Source: Phycisphaera mikurensis NBRC 102666 (lineage in GTDB: Bacteria > Planctomycetota > Phycisphaerae > Phycisphaerales > Phycisphaeraceae). From it: a DNA stretch of 32,000 nucleotides. The notes under the pieces are model-generated. The model made no database searches. It was given only the letters and a program-made list of their open reading frames with translations, and was not told the DNA's origin. The stretch's first letter is position 1. Every line of letters starts with the position of its first letter. The position numbers were made by a program, and so were the translations under genes. Of this stretch, positions 16,761-24,371 are shown one piece after another. Where the stretch lies: positions 3,510,001 through 3,542,000 of the forward strand of contig NC_017080.1 of NCBI RefSeq assembly GCF_000284115.1. Reading direction: 5' to 3'.

Positions 16761-17423
16761 ATGGACGGGTGGCCCCCGAGACACCGACGCAAGGATCCGC
16801 CCGTGGGCATCGAACGCCGCTCCCTCACCATCATCCTCTCCTTCGCCTTCGGGCTGAGCACGCTCTACGGCGTCCTGCGGGTGCTCGAGCCGGGTCAGCG
16901 GGCGCCGCTGGGCGGCAGCACGCTGCTGAGCCTGGATCCCGAGGCGGTGCACTCCCCCCTCGAGCAGCTCTTCAGCACCGAGGCGGAGGCGAGGCCGTGG
17001 CAGGTGATCGTCGTTCACGACAGCGGCTCGGCGGCCGGCTCCTACGACGAGCTGGACCGGCGGCACGCCAGCCTCGGCCGCGAGGGCTGCGGCTACCACT
17101 TCGTGGTCAACAACGGCAACGGCGAAGCCGACGGCCGGATCCAGGTGGGCTACCGGTGGCGGATCCAGAAGGAGGGCGACTTCCTCGATGGCGAGGCGGG
17201 GCGTGACTTCAGCCGCCGCTTCGAGACGATCGGCATCTGCCTCATCGGCAACGCGGACGACGCGCCACCCACCGCCGCCCAGCAGCGGGAGCTGGCTTGG
17301 CTGATCGGGAAGCTCCAGGCGCGCTTCGACATCCCCACCGAGCGGGTCTTCCTCCAGGCCGGTTCGCCGGACGTGGCGGGCCACTTCCCGCACGCGGCGT
17401 TCCGCGAGCGGCTCCAGGGCTGA
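16761..17423 (+). CDS. N-acetylmuramoyl-L-alanine amidase domain (Amidase_2/PGRP-like) protein with N-terminal TM segment
   Basis: VIVVHDSGS, GYHFVVNNG and IGICLIGN blocks, plus a hydrophobic segment LTIILSFAFGLSTLYGVL. An alternative GTG start at 16803 has AAGGA 6 nt upstream. Confidence 0.7.
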   Translation: MDGWPPRHRRKDPPVGIERRSLTIILSFAFGLSTLYGVLRVLEPGQRAPLGGSTLLSLDPEAVHSPLEQLFSTEAEARPWQVIVVHDSGSAAGSYDELDRRHASLGREGCGYHFVVNNGNGEADGRIQVGYRWRIQKEGDFLDGEAGRDFSRRFETIGICLIGNADDAPPTAAQQRELAWLIGKLQARFDIPTERVFLQAGSPDVAGHFPHAAFRERLQG

Positions 17424-17452
17424 GCCCCGCGGAGCCGGCCGCCGCCGCATAA

Positions 17453-17472
17453 GCAAGAGCAAGAGCAAGAGC
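17453..17472. repeat. Hexanucleotide repeat (GCAAGA)x3 plus a partial unit
   Basis: gcaagagcaagagcaagagc read directly. It abuts the left arm of 46-bp element copy 5. Confidence 0.8.
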
Positions 17473-17517
17473 CGCGGACCGGGGTCCCGCGCGTTCCTGG
17501 TCCGGCACGGTCCGCGG
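17472..17517. repeat. 46-bp inverted-repeat element, copy 5
   Basis: Arms are exact at 17472..17481 and 17508..17517. It lies 49 bp downstream of the amidase stop. Confidence 0.9.
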
Positions 17518-17869
17518 AGAGCGTTCCCGCTCGCGCGGCGGGTGGAGGCGGCGAGCCGGGTTTCAGCGTCGCGGCACCGCGAGCGCGCGGCGTCACGAGC
17601 GGTGGTGGGGCAAATCTGATGGCGTGGCTGAGCTTTGCGCTTGGCAGCCGCTGCGGAATGGTTACAGTGACCGCATCCATTGCCCGATGGTTTTCGGGCA
17701 CCCTTTGTGCCGCATCCCGACCTGGAAACCACTGCTTCGGCATGACGGATGTCCCGTGGTTTCGACAAAGGGCACGGCGACGTGCTGGAAGCGGGTGTAC
17801 GCACCCCGCCCCCTTCCGATCCGCCCCACCCGGTGGACCCGACGGAACCCCGGGACCTGAGCAGCGCCG

Positions 17870-18799
17870 ATGTCGAAGTTTCACCAGATCGCCGGGTACG
17901 ACGTCGTCGAGACGCTGGGCACCGGTGCCGGCAGCACGCTCTACGCCGTGCGGAACAAGAAGGGCGAGAAGTACTGCCTCAAGCGGGTGGTCAAGAAGAG
18001 CGAGCAGGACCAGCGCTTCATCGATCAGGCGCTGGCGGAGCACAAGATCGCCCACCAGTTCAAGCACCCGCGGCTCCGACGGAGCCTGAAGGTGCACAAG
18101 ATCCGCGAGCTGATCCGCGTGAGCGAGGTCGCGGTGATCATGGAGATGGTCGACGGCTGGACGCTGGAGGAGAAGCGCCCCGACGACGTCCTGCTGCTCT
18201 GCCGGGTCTTCCACGAGATCGCCGAGGCGCTCCTGGAGATGCACCGGCTCGGCTTTGCGCACGCCGACATCAAGCCCAACAACATCATGCTCACGGCCTC
18301 CGAGTCCGGAGACGGCTTCGTGGTGAAGATCATCGACTTCGGCCAGAGCTGCCCGCTGGGCACGATCAAGGAGCGGATCCAGGGGACGCCCGACTACATC
18401 GCTCCCGAGCAGGTCAAGCGCCGCGCCATCAACGAGCAGACCGACGTGTTCTGCCTCGGCGCGACGATGTACTGGCTGCTCACCGGCGTGAACGTGCCCA
18501 CGATGATGCCCAAGCGCAACCGCGACGCGGTGGCCATCAAGACCGAGGAGGCGAAGAAGTTCGAGCCTCCCGCGAAGCTCAACCCCAGCGTGAGCCCCGC
18601 CTTGTCGTCGCTGGTGATGGACTGCGTCGAGCGGCGGCCCGAAGACCGCCCCGCCGGGATGCCGGCCGTGATCAGCCGCCTCGACCTCGCGGTGCAGCAG
18701 ATCGAGCGTGCCCGCTCCAAGGGAGCGTCCGCCGCCCCGCTGCCCTCGCTGGAGAGCGGGCGGAAGCCCGGCTCGACGGAGTCCCTCGCGGGACGCTGA
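17870..18799 (+). CDS. Serine/threonine protein kinase, kinase domain only, non-RD type
   Basis: Gly-rich loop LGTGAGSTLY, Lys in YCLKRV, catalytic loop HADIKPNN, IIDFGQS, and GTPDYIAPEQ. Confidence 0.9.
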   Translation: MSKFHQIAGYDVVETLGTGAGSTLYAVRNKKGEKYCLKRVVKKSEQDQRFIDQALAEHKIAHQFKHPRLRRSLKVHKIRELIRVSEVAVIMEMVDGWTLEEKRPDDVLLLCRVFHEIAEALLEMHRLGFAHADIKPNNIMLTASESGDGFVVKIIDFGQSCPLGTIKERIQGTPDYIAPEQVKRRAINEQTDVFCLGATMYWLLTGVNVPTMMPKRNRDAVAIKTEEAKKFEPPAKLNPSVSPALSSLVMDCVERRPEDRPAGMPAVISRLDLAVQQIERARSKGASAAPLPSLESGRKPGSTESLAGR

Positions 18800-18977
18800 G
18801 CGTGGGGGGGCCACGTGGGGGGCCAAGATCAGCCCGGTGGAGCCGCGTGGAGCCCCCGCACGCCGCCCCGCGGGCGGGTGCCCCGTGCGGTCTTCTCGCG
18901 TGTAAGTCTCGACGGGACCGGGTGACGCGGCTCGCGACCGGCCCCGCCCCCGGGTGCCGCAGCCATAGGGTGCGGCC

Positions 18978-19952
18978 ATGCAGTTTGATCTTCTGGGCCG
19001 CACCGAACTCTCCGTCTCCCGCCTCGGCTTCGGCTCCGCGCCGGTCGGCTTCCTGGGCACCTCCCAGGGCCAGATCGACAAGGTCGTGGCGACGCTGCTC
19101 GAAGCCGGCGTCAACCTCTTCGACACCGCCGCCTGCTACCCCGGCAGCGAGGAGGCGTTGGGTCACGCGCTCGCGGGCCGTCGCGACGACGTGGTGATCG
19201 TGACCAAGGCCGGGCACCCCTGCGACGACGACGCCCACGGGCACCCGGCCTTCTCGCCGGAGCTGCTCGCCGCCAGCGTGGACCGCTCGCTGGAGCGGCT
19301 GAAGACCGATCACCTCGACGTCGTGCTGCTGCACACCTGCACCCTGGAGCAGCTGGAGGAGGGCTCGGCGTTGGGTGCCCTGCTCGATGCCCGCGATGCC
19401 GGGAAGACCCGCTTCGTGGGCTTTGCCGGCGACAACGAGGCCGCGGCCTTCGCCGCCGCCGACGCGGGGGTCGACGTGCTGGAGGTCTCGGTGAACCTGG
19501 CCGACCAGCACAACCTCGACGCCGTGCTGCCGGCCGCCCGGGAGCACCACAAGGGCGTGATCGCGAAGCGGCCGCTCGCCAACGCCTGCTGGAAGGACCG
19601 CGACGCCCAGCCGGGGATGTACAAGAGCTACGCCGACGCCTACAGCCGCCGGCTCGCGGCGATGGAGGCCGAGGGCCTCTCGCCCGCCGCCCTGGGACAC
19701 TCCGGTCACGTCGAGGTCGAGTGGCCCGACGTCGCCCTGCGATTCACGCTGGCCCACCCCGGCGTGAGCTCGGCGATCATCGGCTCGACCAGCACCGTGC
19801 ACACCGAGATGAACCTCGACGCCGCCCGCAAGAACCCGCTGCGGGAGGAGGCCGTCGAGCGGATCCGGGCGGCTTGGCAAGCGGCTCGCGCAGCACGGCG
19901 GGGCGCGGCGGCGGAGGACGACGAGGGCGACGACTGGAAGGGCCGGACCTGA
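18978..19952 (+). CDS. Aldo/keto reductase
   Basis: 324-aa ORF. LGFGSAPVG, NLFDTAACY, DVVLLH and IIGSTS blocks fit the AKR fold. Confidence 0.8.
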   Translation: MQFDLLGRTELSVSRLGFGSAPVGFLGTSQGQIDKVVATLLEAGVNLFDTAACYPGSEEALGHALAGRRDDVVIVTKAGHPCDDDAHGHPAFSPELLAASVDRSLERLKTDHLDVVLLHTCTLEQLEEGSALGALLDARDAGKTRFVGFAGDNEAAAFAAADAGVDVLEVSVNLADQHNLDAVLPAAREHHKGVIAKRPLANACWKDRDAQPGMYKSYADAYSRRLAAMEAEGLSPAALGHSGHVEVEWPDVALRFTLAHPGVSSAIIGSTSTVHTEMNLDAARKNPLREEAVERIRAAWQAARAARRGAAAEDDEGDDWKGRT

Positions 19953-20962
19953 GCCGGGCCACGCCTCCTCCCGCCGCGGCGAGCCTCCCGCCCTTCGTCT
20001 ACGACCCGGCGTACGTGACGCCGCTGCCGCCGGGGCACCGCTTCCCGATGCCGAAGTTCGGCCACCTGCACGACCACCTCGCGGCGGTCGGCCTGCTCGG
20101 CCCGGGCAACCTCCACCGGCCCGAGCCCGCGGCGGTCGAGACGCTCGGGCGGGCGCACGACCCGGCGTACGCCGATGCCTTCCTCTCCGGTCGGCTCGAC
20201 CGCGACGCGCTCCGCACGCTCGGCCTGCCGTGGTCCGCGGGCCTCGCGGCCCGGACGGTCACCGCCCTTGGCGGCACCGTGCTCGCCGCCCGCCTCGCGC
20301 TGCGGCACGGCCTCGCCGCCAATCTGGCCGGCGGCACGCACCACGCCCACCGCGGGCACGGGGCCGGCTTCTGCATCTTCAACGACCTCGCCGTCGCCGC
20401 GCTCACGCTGCTCGAGGAAGACGCCGTGGACCAGGTCCTCATCGTCGACCTCGACGTGCACCAGGGGGACGGCACCGCCCGGATCCTGCGCCACGAGCCG
20501 CGGGCGTTCACGCTCTCGGTGCACTGCGCCTCGAACTACCCCGCCCGCAAAGCCCGCAGCGACCTCGACGTCCCGCTGCCGGACGGGCTGGGCGACGCCG
20601 GGTACCTCCGCGTGCTCGGGCACGGCGACGAAGCCTCCGGCTTCCGCGGCCTCGGCTGGCTGCTGGAGCAGGTCGAGCCCGATCTCGTGCTCTACGACGC
20701 CGGGGTCGACGTGCACGCCGACGACAAGCTCGGCCGGCTCGCGATGACCGACGCCGGCCTCCGCGAGCGCGACCGCGCCGTGCTCGAAGCCTGCCGCGGG
20801 CAGGGCGTGCCGGTCGCGTGCGTCATCGGCGGCGGCTACGGCGACGACCGGGTGGCGCTGGCGCAGCGGCACGGCATCCTGCACGAAGAGGTCGCCCGGC
20901 GGTGGCGGGCGGAGCGGGCGCGGGACGCGTCGCGGACCGCGGCGGCCCGGAGCCTCCCGTGA
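19949..20962 (+). CDS. Histone deacetylase-family protein (HDAC/AcuC-like); start codon uncertain
   Basis: FVYDPAYVTPLPPGHRFPMPKF, GGTHHAHRGHGAGFCIFND, DLDVHQGDG and GGGY are class-defining motifs. There is no in-frame ATG/GTG upstream of the conserved N-terminus. The only candidate is CTG at 19949, which overlaps the upstream TGA. Confidence 0.8.
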   Translation: MSRATPPPAAASLPPFVYDPAYVTPLPPGHRFPMPKFGHLHDHLAAVGLLGPGNLHRPEPAAVETLGRAHDPAYADAFLSGRLDRDALRTLGLPWSAGLAARTVTALGGTVLAARLALRHGLAANLAGGTHHAHRGHGAGFCIFNDLAVAALTLLEEDAVDQVLIVDLDVHQGDGTARILRHEPRAFTLSVHCASNYPARKARSDLDVPLPDGLGDAGYLRVLGHGDEASGFRGLGWLLEQVEPDLVLYDAGVDVHADDKLGRLAMTDAGLRERDRAVLEACRGQGVPVACVIGGGYGDDRVALAQRHGILHEEVARRWRAERARDASRTAAARSLP

Positions 20963-20975
20963 CCGCGGTCCGCGG
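20930..20975. repeat. 46-bp inverted-repeat element, copy 6 (left arm TCGCGGACCG, one mismatch)
   Basis: Arms at 20930..20939 and 20966..20975. It straddles the HDAC stop codon (20960..20962) and ends 17 bp before the sufE ATG. Confidence 0.8.
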
Positions 20976-20991
20976 CTCCTACGTTGCCCGG

Positions 20992-21417
20992 ATGCCCGCC
21001 AAGCCCGAGCCCGACATCGAGGAGATCACGGAGAACTTCGCCTTCTTCGACGATTGGGAGGACCGGTTCAGCTACCTCATCGACCTCGGCAAGAAGCTCC
21101 CGGAGATGCCCGACGCGTTGGTGGACGAGCCGCACCGCGTCCACGGGTGCCAGAGCAGCGTGTGGCTCCACCTCGGCGAGCAGGACGCGGCGGTGGACCT
21201 CTTGGCGAAGTCCGACGCGCACATCGTCAACGGGCTGATCGCGGTGCTCCGCGGCATGTACCAGGCGCGGCCGCTCGCGGAGGTCCCCGGGATCGACGCC
21301 GAGGCGAAGCTCGGGGAGCTGGGGCTGGCCGAGCACCTCTCGCCGACGCGGCGGAACGGGGTGAGCGCCATGGTCAAGCGGATCCGGCAGCTGGCGGAGG
21401 CCCACCAAGGGGCGTGA
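20992..21417 (+). CDS. sufE: SufE-like cysteine desulfuration (sulfur acceptor) protein
   Basis: FAFFDDWEDRFSYLIDLGKKLP and VHGCQSSVWL (acceptor Cys) are the SufE signature. Confidence 0.9.
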   Translation: MPAKPEPDIEEITENFAFFDDWEDRFSYLIDLGKKLPEMPDALVDEPHRVHGCQSSVWLHLGEQDAAVDLLAKSDAHIVNGLIAVLRGMYQARPLAEVPGIDAEAKLGELGLAEHLSPTRRNGVSAMVKRIRQLAEAHQGA

Positions 21418-21443
21418 TCGCGCGGGCGCGGTAGCGTCGGCGG

Positions 21444-22613
21444 ATGCCCGGCGGGATGCTGCTCTTGACGATGGCGCTCCTGCCGGTCGCGGCGGCGCTG
21501 TCGTGGGGGCTGTGCCGCCTGATGCTGAGGCTCGCGCCGCGGTGGGCGCTCCTGGACGCGCCCGGCAGCGCCGCCCACAAGCCGGCGGGCGTCGCGGTCC
21601 CGAACGTGGGCGGGGTGGCGCTGTTCGGGGCGGTGGCGTTGCCGGTGGCGGCGGCGCTGGCCGCCGCGGGGGCGGCGCCGGCGGAGGCCTGGGCGCGGTG
21701 GGCGCCGGCGGCGGCCGTCCACCTGCCGGGCCTGCGGGCGACGCTGGGCGAGGCCGGTGTGCTGCTCGGCGGGCTGGCCGGGCTGCACGCGCTGGGGCTG
21801 GTGGACGACCGGCGGGCGCTGGGGCCGCTGCCGAAGCTGGCGGCGATGGCGGCGGTCGCGGTCGCGCTGGTGACGCTCGGCGGGACGCGGGCGATGACGC
21901 TGCTCGACGACGCGGTGCCCGGCGGGTTCGGCTGGGCGCTCTCCGCGGGGCTCACCGCGCTCTGGGTGGTCGCGATCGTCAACGCGATGAACTTCCTGGA
22001 CAACATGGACGGCCTCGCGGCCGGGGTCGGTGCCGTGGCCAGCGGGGTCTTCGCCGTCCTGGCCATCGGCAGCGGGCAGTGGTTCGTGGCGGCGCTGTGC
22101 TTCCTGCTGCTCGGCGGGCTGCTCGGCTTCCTGTGGTTCAACCGCCCGCCGGCGCGGCTGTACCTCGGCGACGGCGGCTCGCTCGTGCTCGGCGGCCTGC
22201 TCGCGGTCGTCTCGGTCCGGCTCACCTACGCGGGCCCCGGGCCCGGCGGCGTTGCGCCGCCGCACGCGGTCTTCGTCCCGCTGGTCGTGCTCGCGGTGCC
22301 CCTCTACGACCTCGCCTCGGTGAGCGTGATCCGCCTGCGGGCCGGGGTGTCGCCGATGACCGGCGACCGCAACCACTTCTCGCACCGCCTCATGAGGCTG
22401 GGGCTGCCGCCCGCGGCGGCGGTCGGCGTGGTGTGGCTGGCCACCCTTGCGACGGGGCTCGGCGGGCTGCTGCTGCCGCGGGTGAGCCCCGCCGGCGCCG
22501 CGGTGGTCGTCGCCCAGTGCGCGGCCGTGCTGCTCACGCTGGCGGTGCTGGAGGCGGCGTCGCTGCGGGGCGCCCGCGCGGTCGAGGTGGACGCGCCGCC
22601 CGCCGGCGGCTAG
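21444..22613 (+). CDS. Glycosyltransferase family 4, polyprenyl-phosphate HexNAc-1-phosphate transferase (WecA/MraY family)
   Basis: Polytopic membrane protein with NAMNFLDNMDGLAAG and YLGDGGS motifs. Confidence 0.85.
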   Translation: MPGGMLLLTMALLPVAAALSWGLCRLMLRLAPRWALLDAPGSAAHKPAGVAVPNVGGVALFGAVALPVAAALAAAGAAPAEAWARWAPAAAVHLPGLRATLGEAGVLLGGLAGLHALGLVDDRRALGPLPKLAAMAAVAVALVTLGGTRAMTLLDDAVPGGFGWALSAGLTALWVVAIVNAMNFLDNMDGLAAGVGAVASGVFAVLAIGSGQWFVAALCFLLLGGLLGFLWFNRPPARLYLGDGGSLVLGGLLAVVSVRLTYAGPGPGGVAPPHAVFVPLVVLAVPLYDLASVSVIRLRAGVSPMTGDRNHFSHRLMRLGLPPAAAVGVVWLATLATGLGGLLLPRVSPAGAAVVVAQCAAVLLTLAVLEAASLRGARAVEVDAPPAGG

Positions 22614-22670
22614 CAATCGGTGGATGGGCCCGGCACGCACGACCGGGCCCGCGACGAAAGGACGACGGCC

Positions 22671-22892
22671 ATGGCCAGCTTCAAAGAAGGCGACAGCGTG
22701 AAGTGGAAGTACGGCAGCAGCCACGGGCACGGCACCGTGAAGAGCGTGTTCGAGGAGAAGACGACCCGCAAGATCAAGGGCAACGAGGTCACCCGTGAGG
22801 GCTCCAAGGACGACCCCGCCCTGTACATCGAGAACGACAAGGACGACAGCGGGAACGTCCTGAAGCTCGCCAGCGAGGTCGAGAAAGACTGA
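22671..22892 (+). CDS. DUF2945 (hypervirulence-associated TUDOR-like) small protein
   Basis: MASFKEGDSVKWKYGSSHGHGTVKSV...DDPALYIEND pattern. AAGGA lies about 8 nt upstream of ATG 22671. Confidence 0.7.
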   Translation: MASFKEGDSVKWKYGSSHGHGTVKSVFEEKTTRKIKGNEVTREGSKDDPALYIENDKDDSGNVLKLASEVEKD

Positions 22893-22931
22893 GCCGGCAC
22901 TCCCGGTCGCCGGCTTGGCAGACTCTCGGGC

Positions 22932-23990
22932 ATGGCCGAGCCGCTCCACTTCCACCACGCCGACGCGGAGCGTGCCGCCCGGGTGGCGGTGATCGCCGAG
23001 GCGGGCGTCAACCACAACGGCTCGGTCGACGCGGCGCTGCGGCTGGTCGACGCGGCCGCGGATGCGGGCGCGGACGCCGTGAAGTTCCAGCGCTTCGACC
23101 CGGCGACGCTGCTCGCCGCGGGCGCCGGGCTGGCGGACTACCAGGCCGCGGGCGGCGCGGCCGACGCCGCGGGGCTGCTCGGGCCGCTCGTGCTGCCCGG
23201 CGACGCATGGACGCGGCTGGCCGACGCCGCGGCGGCGCGGGGGATCGCGCTGGTCGTCACGCCCTTCAGCCCCGCCGACTGCCGGGCGCTTCGTCCGCTG
23301 GCGACCCGCCTGGCCGCGATGAAGATCGCCAGCCCCGACGCCGTGAACCCCCCGCTCCTGGTGGCGGCGGCGGCGATCGGCCGGCCGCTGATCGTTTCGA
23401 CCGGCGCCGCCGGCCTCGAAGAGCTCGGGCCGGCGGTCGCGGCGGTCCGGGCGGGCGGCCCCGGCTCCGCCCTGCTGCACTGCGTGAGCGCGTACCCCAC
23501 GCCGCCCGACGCCGCCGCGCTCGGCGGCGTCGCCGCCCTGCGGTCCGCCTGCGGCGTCGCCGTCGGCTACTCCGACCACACCGCCGGCGTCGAGACCGGC
23601 GGCTGGGCGGTCGCCGCCGGCGCCTGCGTGCTGGAGAAGCACCTGACGCTCGACCGCTCGGCCCCCGGACCCGATCACGCCGCCTCGCTGGAGCCCGCCG
23701 GCTTTGCCGACTACACCCGGCGGGCGCACGCCGCCGCCGCCGCCGTCGGCCCGCTCGCGAAGTCGCCCTCGCCGCTGGAAGCCGGCGTCGCCGCCGTGGC
23801 GCGTCAGTCCGTCGCCGCCGCCCGCGACCTCCCGGCGGGCACGGTCCTCGCCCGCGAAGACCTGGCCGTCATGCGTCCGGGCACCGGGATCCCGGCGGCG
23901 GAGCTCGGAGCGCTGGCCGGCCGCCGCCTCCGCCACGCCGCGCGGGCGGGGCACCTGCTGCCCCGCGACGCCCTCGATCCGCCGAGTTGA
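22932..23990 (+). CDS. neuB: N-acetylneuraminate synthase family protein (NeuB/PseI/LegI-type) with C-terminal SAF domain
   Basis: VIAEAGVNHNGS...A.AGADAVKFQ, LHCVSAYPTP and GYSDHT blocks. The exact sugar specificity cannot be told from sequence alone. Confidence 0.8.
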   Translation: MAEPLHFHHADAERAARVAVIAEAGVNHNGSVDAALRLVDAAADAGADAVKFQRFDPATLLAAGAGLADYQAAGGAADAAGLLGPLVLPGDAWTRLADAAAARGIALVVTPFSPADCRALRPLATRLAAMKIASPDAVNPPLLVAAAAIGRPLIVSTGAAGLEELGPAVAAVRAGGPGSALLHCVSAYPTPPDAAALGGVAALRSACGVAVGYSDHTAGVETGGWAVAAGACVLEKHLTLDRSAPGPDHAASLEPAGFADYTRRAHAAAAAVGPLAKSPSPLEAGVAAVARQSVAAARDLPAGTVLAREDLAVMRPGTGIPAAELGALAGRRLRHAARAGHLLPRDALDPPS

Positions 23991-24002
23991 CCGCCCGGAG
24001 GA

Positions 24003-24048
24003 TCCGCGGACCGACGCCCGCTCCAGCCGAAAAACCCGGCGGTCCGCG
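24003..24048. repeat. 46-bp inverted-repeat element, copy 7
   Basis: Arms are exact at 24003..24012 and 24039..24048. It starts 13 bp after the neuB stop. Confidence 0.9.
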
Positions 24049-24127
24049 GGTAAACTCCGCCGCCGGCCGGCGTGTGCCCGGCCGCCTGATCCGCCCGCGT
24101 TCCGCAGCCTCCGCGACCCACTCCCCG

Positions 24128-24352
24128 ATGTCCGACTCCGACCCCACCGCCACCTCCTCCGACGACGCCAACCCCCAGCCGGCTTCCGGCTCGGCGAACC
24201 AGTCGCGCGTCACGACCCTCCGCGAGGAGATCCGCTCGATCGACGACAAGCTCAACCTGCCGACGATGGACCTGCAAACGAAGATGGAGCTCAAGGGCCG
24301 CCGGTCGATGCTCGAGCGGCAGGTGAACGACATCGAGAAGAAGAACAAGTAG
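24128..24352 (+). CDS. Small hypothetical coiled-coil protein (74 aa)
   Basis: MSDSDPTATSSDD... followed by a heptad-like charged helix (LREEIRSIDDKLN...LERQVNDIEKKNK). Composition is protein-like. No clear RBS and no recognised family. Confidence 0.5.
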   Translation: MSDSDPTATSSDDANPQPASGSANQSRVTTLREEIRSIDDKLNLPTMDLQTKMELKGRRSMLERQVNDIEKKNK

Positions 24353-24371
24353 GAGACGCGCGGGGCAGGTG

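Noticed and set aside
17619-18089. ORFs 17619..18089 and 17624..17860 as genes upstream of or overlapping the kinase
   Set aside because: By eye, the 17619 frame has third-position GC well below that of the real genes here. Both ORFs have odd Cys/Trp/His/Arg-rich translations, and the 17619 ORF also overlaps the well-supported kinase frame. The region looks like structured non-coding RNA instead.
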